A DNA stretch of 64,000 nucleotides. Source: Eledone cirrhosa (Eukaryota). The notes beneath the pieces are model-generated. The model ran no database searches, was not told where the DNA came from, and saw only the letters and a list, made by a program, of their open reading frames with translations. Position numbers and translations under genes: made by a program. The stretch lies in NCBI GenBank assembly GCA_964016885.1, contig OZ024742.1, positions 258,044,001-258,108,000 on the forward strand. Direction: 5' to 3'. This document shows, one piece after another, positions 43,169 to 55,829 of the stretch. The first letter of the stretch is position 1, and every line of letters begins with the position of its first letter.

Positions 43169-44787
43169 CCGTGTGTTATTGACGGACGTGAATATGAGTA
43201 CTCAATGCAAAAGTAAAGTTTAAATATTCGTTTATTATGGTGAAACTTATTAGTCTAGAGTTTCATTTGCTGAATAGAATGTCACTGCCAATTTGTAATT
43301 CTATATATTAATTGTGAATATAAATTTACACATTTATGTTAAAGATGTGTAAGCATTTCCGTGTAAATTGGCAGAATATTCGATACTTTTAACTGGTTTT
43401 CGCGACTAATTGGGATTTAAGCAGGAGGCATATATACCATCTCGACAACCAGAAGTAAATACGTAGAAAATGGATTTATATACCCTATTACGTATAGTAG
43501 TATCGTGAAATTGAGGTACTAATTTGCATATTATTAGCGTTCATGTTGTGTGTTAATTAACATATACATTAATTTGCGCAGAGTAAATGGATACATAGAT
43601 TTACACATAATTTTGTATTTTTTTATAGTGAGCACCTCACGATTTACATCGGAATCCTACACACACACACACATACATACATACACACACACACATACAT
43701 ATATATCTCCAAATCACTGTCCTATTTCTGATTTCATGCTTTAGACACACTTCCTCTCTCTCCCACTCTCCGTTCGATATGAGGTTATAACTTAACCCGA
43801 CTTGTTACTATACATATATTATCCAGTCGTTGACGGCTACCTCTCACGATCAGAGCACAACAATTTTATGAAAATTCATATACGCTAATCGCTTCAAACC
43901 TTTTCAATTAATGTTTACATACATATTGTGGGCCATATTGGCTTACTAAATCGAACGGATACGGTGCCACAAACAGGTAACACTTTATATCTTTATCTGT
44001 CTACTTATTTCGTCTCTCATATTCTACCCCACTCTATCTATTTGTGTTCATCCCACTGTCGCGTCATTACCACTGCTGCTTCTGATACTTCCGTTCTCCT
44101 GTCACCTACTACTGCTGCTTTTCCCTTCAGAAAATCGGCAAGATGACCATGGCTTGGGTGGACGTACTCCAGTGAGCACGTGTTCCCCTATTCCAGCGCG
44201 TCAGAACATCACAAATTTACGTTCTGCTGTACGGACCAGAATTCTAGACATAGCCCTTTCTCTCCTACTAGAAACTATGGTAGTCATGATGAAAGCTTAT
44301 CATATATACGACACTAAACTTTTATTTACTGGTAGTTTACTTTCACCATATTTTTATCCCATTTAGTAATTCTCCACAAGTCCTGCTACATCGATCTCGT
44401 TCCTTCTTTTCTCTTCGCCTCTCCTCTTCCACTCTCTCTCTATATATAACCCTCTCATTTCGTACTTCATGATTTAGACTATATTTTGTTCTTTCTCCCC
44501 AACTCTCCACCCGATAAACGGTTATACATTAACCCGACATTTTTAATATACATATATTATCCAGCACTTTACGGCTACAACATATATATATTTATCTACA
44601 GATATTTGTTTTTCAATTCCAGCCTGCCCGTCCCTTCAATCTATCTTATTTTCCATTCTTTCTTCTGATGAAAGACTAGAGTCCGAAATGTTTAGATACT
44701 TTTCCTGCTATTTGAAGCGTTAACCTGATATATTTCTTCCATATACTGTACCGATTGTGTTGTTATTTCTGTTTACCTTTTACACAC

Positions 44788-44891
<104 letters not shown>

Positions 44892-45169
44892 TGGTAGAAC
44901 ACTGGAAGGTAATATCCGTAGTCGTAGAGCACCCAGTCCATGGGACGAATTGGGTAGAAGTGGCTACACAACAGTTAGTTCACCATACCGGGAACAATTG
45001 TTTCACCTTAGCAGATAGCGGATCCTCGGCTCGTAATGGACATGGTTATACGGAACAGGAAGGACACCCGTACGAACGCGCATGCTCAGAAACGATCACT
45101 TCACACAGGCAATGCTAAAATGCGTGCGAGAGGTGTAAGGGAGATAACTGCGAAAGTCCGAAAAGTTTC

Positions 45170-46915
45170 TAGTTGATAATAATCTTAGGTTGTTGTTGTA
45201 ATTCAATCCGGAGTTTGTAGTTATGTAAGAGGTGTTTCCAGACGTGTTGACAACGTGTAAAGAAATCATTTCTCGTGTTTAGGCAATCACTATTGCGTAA
45301 TCTCTTTAGAATATGTATTCGTTCATCAATACATAGTCCACACGGCGGATTGCCCCTTGCGTATGGCTTGAACGTAGTGATGGCTTTCCATTGAATGGAG
45401 TAGTCTACACTTCAGACCTTGAGGGACCATACGTGGCTCGCGAGTTTCGTGGATGAACGTCTGTCTGCGTACCTAAAGGTCGACTGGTGGTTCAGGAAGC
45501 GTTCCTTAAATCGGCCCTCCGCCATACCCACATAGGATTTGACTTCCTGTGGTTGATTTGGTCGGTTGGAAGTGACCACAGCTTCATAAACTGTAGCGGG
45601 TGTGTTGCATTGCTGTTGAAGGGGACAAGACTCGGGCTTATGGCACGAGCACCCTGGTGGGTGTTGCTCTTAGGGCTGTTGGTGATGTGAGCCTTCATGT
45701 TCTTAGCGCAGGAGTATCCTAGTTTTACTTTGTGTCGGTTCAAGATGGAGCGGTATTTATGACCTATGGGAAAGTGTCTATCTAAGAGGGCTAGAAACTG
45801 TTTGCCTACATTGGTTTTAACGTTGAGTGAGAAGGGAGGAGAGAACTAGATAGCTTGTCTATCGTTACGCTTTCTTTTCTTATTGCTGTTGTTGCTAGTG
45901 GGAGAGTAAGTGATAGGTTGTGAGAAACCGCTGTTAGCCAACGCCGTGTTATAGTAGGGTGCCGCCCTGTCAAAGATAGCCTTATTAGAGAAGAGGTTTG
46001 TGATTCTCGTACTGATATTATTTACGAAGTTTCTAAAAACATTGGGAGGGTGGCATGAGTCCTTTTGAATGTAATTGAGTTTTTCGTTTAGCTTTTGGAA
46101 GGGTCTGCAGATGTGTGTTCGAAGGTCTAAATTAATGTCTAAGAAATCTACGCTAGAGAGGTTGGTGGCTACTGTTATCCTAAGTCCTAACTCATTGAAG
46201 GTAGAAGCTAAGTCTTTTTTAAACCGGTCGAGGTTGTGACCACTTTAATGGCTCGATAAGGTCAGTCCATCGTCGCGGTATATTCCCGTGGGGAATTCCG
46301 GGAATCAAACACGTAATATGTCTAAAATAAATAGGCCAACCAAGTCGCATACGTCAGCACTGTCAAAGGATCCCAGGGAGACGTCGAATTGGTCTGGAGT
46401 TGTTGACTTCTTTGCCCAGGCTACTCGGTCGTTGAAGAGGGGGTTTTTCCGGCAGTCAGCGATGAATTCCTTGTCTAAACCATCGACGGTAGTGTAAGTG
46501 GTTAGCAAAGTCCAACGCTTTGTTTAACAGGGTCTCTGAGATCGACGGGTAAAAATCGACAACGTCAAACTGTGTGAACTTCGCTTTTTTGGATTTGAAG
46601 GAGTTAAACCACTTAATTACGGAGTCGCTGTTCTCCCACTGGGGCAGGTTGGACTTGGTCCTAATGGTCTTAACTATGTTTCTAAGTATGGCTTTATTGA
46701 CTAGTCCCATATCTGTGCGTGTCGGCTTTTTTAGCCTATATGTGGGGTTATAATTAAAGTCTACCTTGTGATCTTTCAGGGCGAGGAACGCCTCCCACTT
46801 AGCCAAAGATTGTAGCTTCTTATCTACCTTAAGTGCGGCGGCAAGTTCTTTGGCTCTGTATTAATGTCGTGGTAGGCCATAGGGTTAGTTTTCTTATATT
46901 TGGAGGTAATAGCGT
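45170..46915 (-). pseudogene. PLE reverse transcriptase-GIY-YIG ORF, frameshifted
   Basis: LKDHKVDFNYNPTYRL; QFDVVDFYPSI; FDVSLGSFDSADVCDLVGLFIL; GIYRDDG at ~46268-46287; VYEAVV...YVGMAEGRFKERFLNH...SHVWSLK...CGLCIDE. Confidence 0.9.
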
Positions 46916-47054
46916 TATGGGCCAGGTGGCGGAAAGTGGTTTTGTCGACTTACACCTCTCGCACGCATTTTAGTATTGCCTGTGTGAAGTGTTCGTTTCT
47001 GCGCATGCGCGTTCCTACGGTTGTCATTCTTGTTCCGTATAACCATGTCCACTA

Positions 47055-47092
47055 CGAGCTGAGGATCCGCTAAGGTGAAACAATTGTTCTCG
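47055..47092 (+). ncRNA. Minimal hammerhead ribozyme (family K; partner at 44989-45033 - with CCGAGGA)
   Basis: cgag CTGAGGA tccgctaaggt GAAA caattg TT ctcg. ACAATTGT palindromic stem III. Confidence 0.7.
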
Positions 47093-47135
47093 GTAGGGTG
47101 AACTAACTGTTGTGTAACCACTTCTATATATATAA

Positions 47136-47197
<62 letters not shown>

Positions 47198-47230
47198 CAT
47201 ATATATATATATACAAATATATATATGTAA

Positions 47231-47261
<31 letters not shown>

Positions 47262-47302
47262 CGAGGAGAAAGAGAGAGTGAGGTAGATATATAGATAAAT
47301 AG

Positions 47303-47340
<38 letters not shown>

Positions 47341-47506
47341 ATACTTGGGGAGGGTCATATTTGCGTAATATCGCCAGAATTAATAACAGAACACACTCAC
47401 TGTTTGGTTGGTTTTCGCTTCTCGCTGTCTTTTATATCTGCGATCTAACTTACTCGGTCCTCACACGATTTCATATAAAAAACCTCGCTAAACTAATTCA
47501 TCGCCG

Positions 47507-47543
<37 letters not shown>

Positions 47544-48164
47544 AATATATATATACATGTATGTGTGGGGGAGGGGGTGTTTGGAACGGCAAAGGAAAAA
47601 TACAACACTTGGGAACGATACAGTCCAATGAAGATATATGATATATCAAAGTAAGAAAATTATCTTAATGTTTCGGATGTCAGTTTTACTTCAGAAGATT
47701 AAAGAGATATAGAATGAGAAATAGAAAGATTTAGGAGAATATATAGAGGGAAAAACGGTAAAATGACAGTTTACGAACGAAAATTAAGTGTGTATAGTCA
47801 TCTATGCGGATAGTTTGCTTCAGAATATGACTTAGATAAAGAGTTTTCAAAAGGGAGATAATGTATGTATAAGTATGTGCGGATGTGCAGCTTTTATGGG
47901 CTTACGCTTGTGTCTAAGCGTGTATATGTCTGTACACATCTGTAATTTGTCTGTACAAATTTGGAGTGTATAAATATATGATATGTCTCAGAGCATGTCA
48001 AAACTATCTCTGCTGATGGAAGAGTAAGAGACATTGGAGGACTTTGGGGTTAAACTGATTGCCAGTTTCAGTTGATCAAATAAAGTGTTCTGCCAGACCA
48101 TTCTCCAACATCGTAATAAGAAGTCGCCCTATACCCGATCACAAAATAATCTTCTGATGTACAC

Positions 48165-48440
48165 AAGGTGCATCTGGGAGAATTAAATAATGTCTCGAAA
48201 GCTGAGGTCACGAAAACATTTAGAGAACTCAAACGTGGCAAGGCTACTAAGGAAGATGAAATCGGACCTGATATTTTAAAATCCTTAAATACAGAAGGTA
48301 TTATTTGACTGAATAATGTGTGCCGGGTTGCCTGGGTATCTGGAAAGGCACCTAAACAATGGCATTCGGGAATGATGGTCCCAGTTATCAAAAACGAAGA
48401 GTGATCGCTCCAATAATAGAGGGATCTCCTTGCTAATTCT
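48165..48440 (+). mobile_element. RTE-type LINE RT fragment
   Basis: Translates to LKRGKATKEDEIGPDILKSLNTEGI...VAWVSGKAPKQWHSGMMVPVIK...RGISL. Confidence 0.7.
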
Positions 48441-48559
48441 CCCCGGTGGAGAGGTTCTTCCTTGCCTGAAGTATTTATACGAATACCCAAATAATTGAGT
48501 TCAAATGAAGGGTGCTAAATCAAAATCATTAAATATATGTCAATGTGGCAGTGATGGAC

Positions 48560-49700
48560 GCAATTTACGCCTCCACCACCTCTGCCAGAACCTCCAGGGA
48601 TAGCTCAATCAAGACAGATTTCTGTCAGCATGCTTGTTAGCTCATTCCATTTTTTGTCTATTTGAGGTATGCACCAAACCAGAACACGTGCAATTTAATG
48701 GGTCCGTCCGTCGAGCTCCCAACGACCTTGCTGGATGTCATTGAGTAGCTTTTTCGTGTGCCAAGCTACAGTTCCACCGACATCCCTGGTAAATCTTTGC
48801 CCCTGCCGATCAACTCAATATATTTGCTGTTGGACACCACTAAGGTTATATAATCGACATATGCTGATACAGATCTTCTACATTCTAGTTCGTATGGTAT
48901 GGACCTCAACGTCTCCATTGTATGTGGTAGTAACAACAACAAATGGCACAGAAAGTTTCAGTATGTGTTTCTTCGTGTGAAACGAAGAAGAAAAAGATTA
49001 AAAAAACAAACAACAAATTCCCCAATGGTGGGTTTAACTCCGAGGGTCAATCTTTGAGATAACAGAAACGGTAAATTTCATTGCTATGACAAGCGCCTTC
49101 TTCAGATGTCCTCCACTTTACAGGCGCATACTCAGACAGAGCCCTTTCACTCGGACCATGCTCACTTTTTTCCATCACCTTTCAACAGCCTGGTATTTCC
49201 TTTACACCATGATTCTTCATTTCAGGTATAACCTGAAAAAGTTCACTAGGGCTTCGCCCTTTCTGATTTAAAGGGCGACGGCGGTGTAATATTCACAATG
49301 GACTCAGTTAATAGTCGGATACGTCCCACACGTGACAGCTGGTGTTCCACGTAAATCCACAGTGAGCAATGCTCGGGCACTCGGTGATAGCACACAAGCC
49401 GGTTTCGATTCTTGGCTCCTATTTCAGATGGGCCCGGCTGACGGAACATTAAGTGCTGTAGAATGTATCTAAAACTGGTAAAAATCTTCGGCAGCGCTTC
49501 CAAGCCCCTGAAAGTCCCCCGGAAAAGTGTGGCTTCTAGAATTTTGTCAAGACCCAGTGCATCACCAAGAATGTTGTCGATTTTCCCACTAGCAAAAACC
49601 GCTATATAAAGTCACGCTGGAGTTTCCACCGATTGACTAAGGACCGTGAGCGCTTGAAGTCATCAATACGTTGACACGAAGTCATACATTTTAAAGAAGT
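48560..49700 (-). mobile_element. Degenerate Tx1/L1-like LINE fragments
   Basis: 49100-49650 is homologous to the 58600-59200 zf-RVT region (WIYVEHQLSRVGRIRLLTESIV). Confidence 0.7.
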
Positions 49701-49867
49701 GTGTATTGTTAAGTGAACTGACCACGGTCCATAATAGAATAATTTTTCTTATTTCGATCATGCAATGATAATTAACAAAGTGTAATTTGGCCTCATTTGA
49801 CATCATTCTATTACCAGTTGTATCACATGAACTAGCTCCTTAAATTTACCAATCCATCCATTTTCAG

Positions 49868-50025
49868 TAATAATTGTTTCTACTTTTTGGAACAAGGCCA
49901 GCATATCGACCCTGTAAGGATGAAAGGCAAAGTTAACCTCGGCGGGATTTGAACTCAGACCGTAAAGGGACATAACTATTCTGGAAAGCATGGCGTCCGA
50001 CTCTCTACCGATACTGTCAATCTAC
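49868..50025 (-). mobile_element. tRNA-derived SINE with internal deletion
   Basis: Same family as 15822-16000. Confidence 0.8.
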
Positions 50026-51689
50026 CGATTTTCAATAATAATGTTTACTAATATCAGATATGCACACATTCGATAAATTATGTTTTCGAGTAAAAGCTAC
50101 ATATATACTTCAGTGATTGTGTATTTTATCGAAATGTAATAAAACTGATCGTTAGATCGGGTCAAGGAAATAATCTTTCAATTTGTCCTGTCATTGTTGA
50201 TACTATCTGGCAGTCCCAAATCCTAGTAAAATAAGGCTGAATTGGTGTTCCCAACATACAGAAATTTAAGTTGAAGTGCATATGTGATGAATTGGTATAA
50301 TCATTAGGATGCTGGGATAAATACCAGAGTTTTATTTTACGGATCTCTTTAATCTATGTTTAAATCTATTCAAGGTCAACATTTCATTCATCATTGCAGT
50401 TTCAATAAATATAAATAATACGCCATACAATTGGCGATGTATTTTCAGAATAGTTAAACAGATGAACAAGATATATTGCAGTATAGGATTGCTTTCTGTG
50501 TTCAAATCCCACCAGTTTGCTGCCAGAAATTACGATGTCAGACAATATCAAAATTGAAAGACAAATACAAACATACTTTCATTGCTCTTATTTGAAGATT
50601 GTCTCCTCATTTTACATTCAAACGTATCATATACATTTTATGGCATTTATACCACTTTCCATATACCTGAAATCCTGTTTTAAGATAACACCTGAGTATA
50701 TAATAACAGTCTCTTCGTTAAATTCGATACTCTTCAGTGGCAGGCTATTTGTGGAATTGTGAAAGATTATGATGGAATATTTTATTTCATCGACTTTGAA
50801 TATATCTAAAACCTTGTATGAATAAAAAGAAATTAAGTGCAAAATATTAAATTTACATCTTGCATCTATTCATGCTTAGCTGGCCTGCTGTGATGTTGCA
50901 TTTTACAGAAGGTTTATTGCTTTCTTTAATGATAAAAGACCAAATCGTATCATGATGTTCTTTCTAGAGCATACAGAAATGGAGGTTTGGCTGGCCTCCC
51001 GTCAGATTGCATAACATATGTTGTTGGAGGGTCATTTGATAATAGAAGCCACAAGGTGTTATGAAATACAAGGTTAAATAAATGTCATGTTAAAGAACAC
51101 AGTGGTCTACCAGATTATGGCATAGAAACTGAGACCTTACACTGGTGTCTCTAAAACCATAACCTGTGGGCCACATGCCTATAATTCAATGATAAGGAGT
51201 GTCATTGTAAACCGAAAGCTCAATAAGGGCAAGTAAATAAGAACCGTTACTGATTCTCATATTACTGAAATTAACGATGGAAATAACTGGTGGTGTGACA
51301 AATTATTTGTTGAATGGTGAATTTTATGAATCATTAATTAGTATTTTGTCACATTTTACAGTGAACCTATCAGATATTCATTTGTATCTTCAAATCATTA
51401 TATATGGATTTTGTGTGACAAATTGCAATTCGCAATTTGCGGTTGGCTTGCTATTAATATTTCAGTAATTATAATAGTGCAGGAAGAGTCCAGCTACTCA
51501 AATTTGATGCATATTGTGATAACGAGTACCTCAAAATGAACTGATGTACAATTAATTATAAATAAAAGTTCGTTTAAAATAGATTTCCCAAGCAATCGAT
51601 CAGAAAGAAAGCAGTGACATGTGACAATGGCATCCACTGCATAGACAACCAATACGAAATGAACGAACAATTAACATTTTCTATCTAAA

Positions 51690-51942
51690 AATGATCATCA
51701 CATTTATTTAGCATCAACATTATCAGCATCATTGCAATCCTCATTCTCATCATCATTACCATCACCATCATAATCATCATCATCATATTCACCATCATTA
51801 TAAGCAGCATATCCATCATGAGCATCAGCATCATCATCATCGTCATCGTCATCATCATCATCATTGTCATTATCATCATAATCATCATCATCATATACAC
51901 ACTCATTATAATCACCATCCTCATCATTATCATCATCATTAT

Positions 51943-51983
<41 letters not shown>

Positions 51984-52059
51984 TTGCCATCACCTCACCA
52001 TAGTAATCATCAACATCATCACCATCATCATCATCATGCTCATCACCACCATCACCATC

Positions 52060-52090
<31 letters not shown>

Positions 52091-52260
52091 CCATCATCAC
52101 CACTACCACTGTCACCATCACAATCATAAGCATCATCATCATCATCATCATCATCGTCATCATCATCACAATCATAAGCATCATCATCATCATCATCATC
52201 GTCATCATCATCATACACAAGTACTAACATCACCATACACACCATCATCTCTAGCAACAT
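51690..52260. repeat. Degenerate (CAT)n trinucleotide microsatellite
   Basis: CAT/CAC/CAG runs that give the poly-H/D/M/I ORFs. Confidence 0.95.
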
Positions 52261-52382
52261 GTAACAAGTCAATACTACTATTAGAACAATGACAACATGA
52301 ACGAGAATCACAAGAAGATTAAAAGCCAATCGCAATCGATTACGACAGGAACAAATCGATAAGCACACACACACACACACAC

Positions 52383-52472
52383 ATGCACCATACACACCAC
52401 ATGCACCATACACACCACATACACCATACACATCACATACACCATACACACCGCATACACCATACACACCAT
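52383..52472. repeat. 9-bp minisatellite (cacaccata/cacaccaca)
   Basis: About 10 tandem copies. Confidence 0.85.
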
Positions 52473-52570
52473 AACATTAGAGATTACGCATTCACAGACT
52501 ATACAAACACATGCATTTAAATGTATGAATATATATATATATATATATCTGTGTGTGTGTGTGTTTGTGT

Positions 52571-52621
<51 letters not shown>

Positions 52622-52720
52622 ATTTATATATATATATATATATATATATAAATGAAATTGTGCATCTGTTTGGGTGTCTGAAATGATATACATCATTATC
52701 TATGTATCTCTCTCTCTCTT

Positions 52721-52822
<102 letters not shown>

Positions 52823-53710
52823 TATATATACATATATATATATATATACATGTGAGTGTATGTGTGTGTAGGTGTCAGTGTGTGTGTGTGTACGTATGTA
52901 TATGTGTGTGTCTATGAGAGAGAGATAAGTGTGATATGCGTGTGTGTGTATAAGTATGTATGTGCGAGTGTGTGCGTGTGTTTATCGTTACATCGTACAT
53001 ATAATATTTTTTCTATTTTTGTGGTTACATAAAATATTTTCAAAATATATGCTAGAAATGAAAAGAAGTGTACAACCACAACAAGAAAAAGAAAAATATT
53101 CGATTGAAAAGTTTAATCCTTTAATGTATAAAGCTTAGTATAATCTTTTAATGTATCTCCTTGCAAACATAATTGCATACACCATAGCAACATTTAACAA
53201 GAGCTGCAGCTTTATCAGTTTGTCGCTCTTGAAAACCCATAGATAAAACGACCGTAAAGTATGAAACATAAAAATTTAAAACATATAGAAGTGAAAAAAT
53301 GGAAAGCCTCAAAAACAAATGAAAAATAAGTTGAAATTAGATAAACAAATAAATAAATGAATAAATAAATGATTGGAAACAAATATGAAAACATAAAGAA
53401 ATATATATAAATTAAGAATTTTGAAGTTTCTACACCGTAAGTTCATTTAGATATCACGTGATCTAACATTAGAAATCGATTATCGATTTTTGTATGCGTT
53501 TAATTTTCTCCATTTTTTGTGTTTCTGTGTATGTGGAAATTTATTTTTGTGTGTATGCGGGTTTTACAAAATCTCTTCTTAACTATATAGTTCCATGACC
53601 TAAATGATTTTGAACATGTTGGATGCCGGAAAAAAAAATGGAATATAACAAGAACAACAACCTCAAAAACAATAATGATAATAACAACAACAACATTAAC
53701 AACTACAATG

Positions 53711-53768
<58 letters not shown>

Positions 53769-53861
53769 CAACAACAATAATAGAGAAGAAGTAAAAGAAA
53801 AGAGAAGTAGAATAAGAAGAAAGAGAAGAAGAATATACAAAAGCAATAAAAATATGAAATA

Positions 53862-53900
<39 letters not shown>

Positions 53901-54172
53901 ATCCAATATAACAGGAAGATGTAAAATTATTTTTAAAAAAGTAACTTTCAAAACGGAAAGCTAGTCTGTCTAATATTTAAATTCAATATTCTGCCAGTTT
54001 TGCTGGGTGAGATTATATCGCCCATATTATGCATGAATAATTCAAAACACCGATATGGAAGTGAAGTATCGAAATACACAGGTATAATAGTCATAATCAT
54101 CGATCTGTGTGAGATATAGATTTCGGGGAAAGTATGACGCAGTGAGTAAACATTATACTTTACTTGGTATCT

Positions 54173-54256
<84 letters not shown>

Positions 54257-54399
54257 AGGGGGGGTACGAGGTATTGTGCTTGGTATTATAGTTACCTACT
54301 CTTCTTTGTATATATATATTATATGTTCTCGCCTGTATATTACGTAAGTTTAAAACATGATCAAGAAAATATCCAATAACGGAATTGTTTGTCTCTTTT

Positions 54400-55260
54400 C
54401 AGTTTACTTATAAGTTTACTTATAGGTTTTGCTGGCCGCTCAAAGCTCAAATCACTCTCGTTTTGAATGAGGCTTTTATAAATGAAAAACACATCAAATA
54501 AATGTCTAGATACGTCTCTTCTGACAATAACTCTATGGAACGAGTCAATATTTTAAAATGCTATATTCCAATACAGCATCAACTTTCTCAGAGAAAAGGA
54601 ATTTGAAATCTCAAGAGAGTAATTTTAGGCAAGTGGGGATTTAGGGAGAAATTCTAGTCAGGTAAATCTTAGTTTCTGTTTTCTATATAAGAAAAGAAAG
54701 AAAGTCATTTTATAATCTAACTTTTAACGGTCACGTGGAGAGATATCTTCCACCTAAAGCTTTCTCAATTATCAGAAAGTGTTTCTCGGATAAGCATAGA
54801 CATCACCAGATGTTTAGTATTGTATGCAATAAAACTGCTACATCTCTGTTCAACTAATCTTGCAAACAAAGGAATCGATTCAAGTAACGCTACGTTTACA
54901 ATCGGTGGACTAATTGAAAATAGCAATACACAAAATATAAGACTAGAAATAATTAGAATTAATAAATAGGCACTGAAATCTGGTTCAATTTGGGATAGAA
55001 AAAGAATAGTGAATGTACGATTGGAACCATTGATGTATTTGAATCTAGTAAAATTAACGAGGATATATTTAGGTAAGCACATCCTTAAAAGGATCCGGTA
55101 CAAGATAACCCTAAATGGTGTTCAGTTACAAGAGATAAAATGGGGCCAATAAGAATACATGTTCTCTATCTCCATTACCGCTTTAGAATTAAACATAACT
55201 GCCTAATAAAAATGGATCATCTCGTTAGCAATTTACTACAAAAGTGTAAACTGGTGATTA
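54400..55260 (-). mobile_element. Highly degenerate PLE RT remnant
   Basis: Motif-like pieces in the expected order on the minus strand (GPILSLV; VNVALLESI; NPHLPKI...PFL). Confidence 0.4.
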
Positions 55261-55779
55261 CAGTTACCCCGTTTAAAATGAGCTGACACTGACACACACA
55301 AACAAACACTCTTTTAGAAACAATAAATTAGCTCATAAAAATTAATTAGCGAGGTCGGAAACATCGAATATAGACTGGATGTAATATTATAAAACGAACC
55401 ATCCTATGAAGGAGAGTCTAGGTACAGTGCACTTTGCTGACATATAACTCTTCAGAATATAATCTCCAAATAATATTCATTGAATACAAAACAGGAATTT
55501 TAAATATTTCAAACTTACCTCAAGATAACAATAAAGTCATAATATATATATCTTCTTATTGCATCAATAAGAAAAGAAAATATCCTGTTCAGAAAGTGCA
55601 CATTACCTATTCCAATTTGGCTGCGCATGTCAATCCTGTTCATGAAAATATTGAAGAAGAGAGGTGACAGTGCGAACTCCTGGTAAAGTTCGTCTCTCCC
55701 ATTGAATGGTTTTGATATAGCATTATTTATCTGAACACAAATACCCGGTCATTCGTATAGACATCAGAGTAGATGTCTC

Positions 55780-55826
<47 letters not shown>

Positions 55827-55829
55827 TAA

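Larger units (their letters stand above)
44956..47125 (-). mobile_element. Penelope-like retroelement (RT + C-terminal GIY-YIG) with inverted ~180-bp pLTRs, inserted in (TA)n
   Basis: 44956-45138 is the reverse complement of 46949-47125. Each arm has an HHR motif, with the coding remnant between them. Confidence 0.92.

Noticed and set aside
51685-52467. 260-aa Asp/Met-rich ORF and poly-His ORF (possible biomineral or metal-binding protein)
   Set aside because: All frames are open because of the (CAT)n repeat. No splice or domain evidence.
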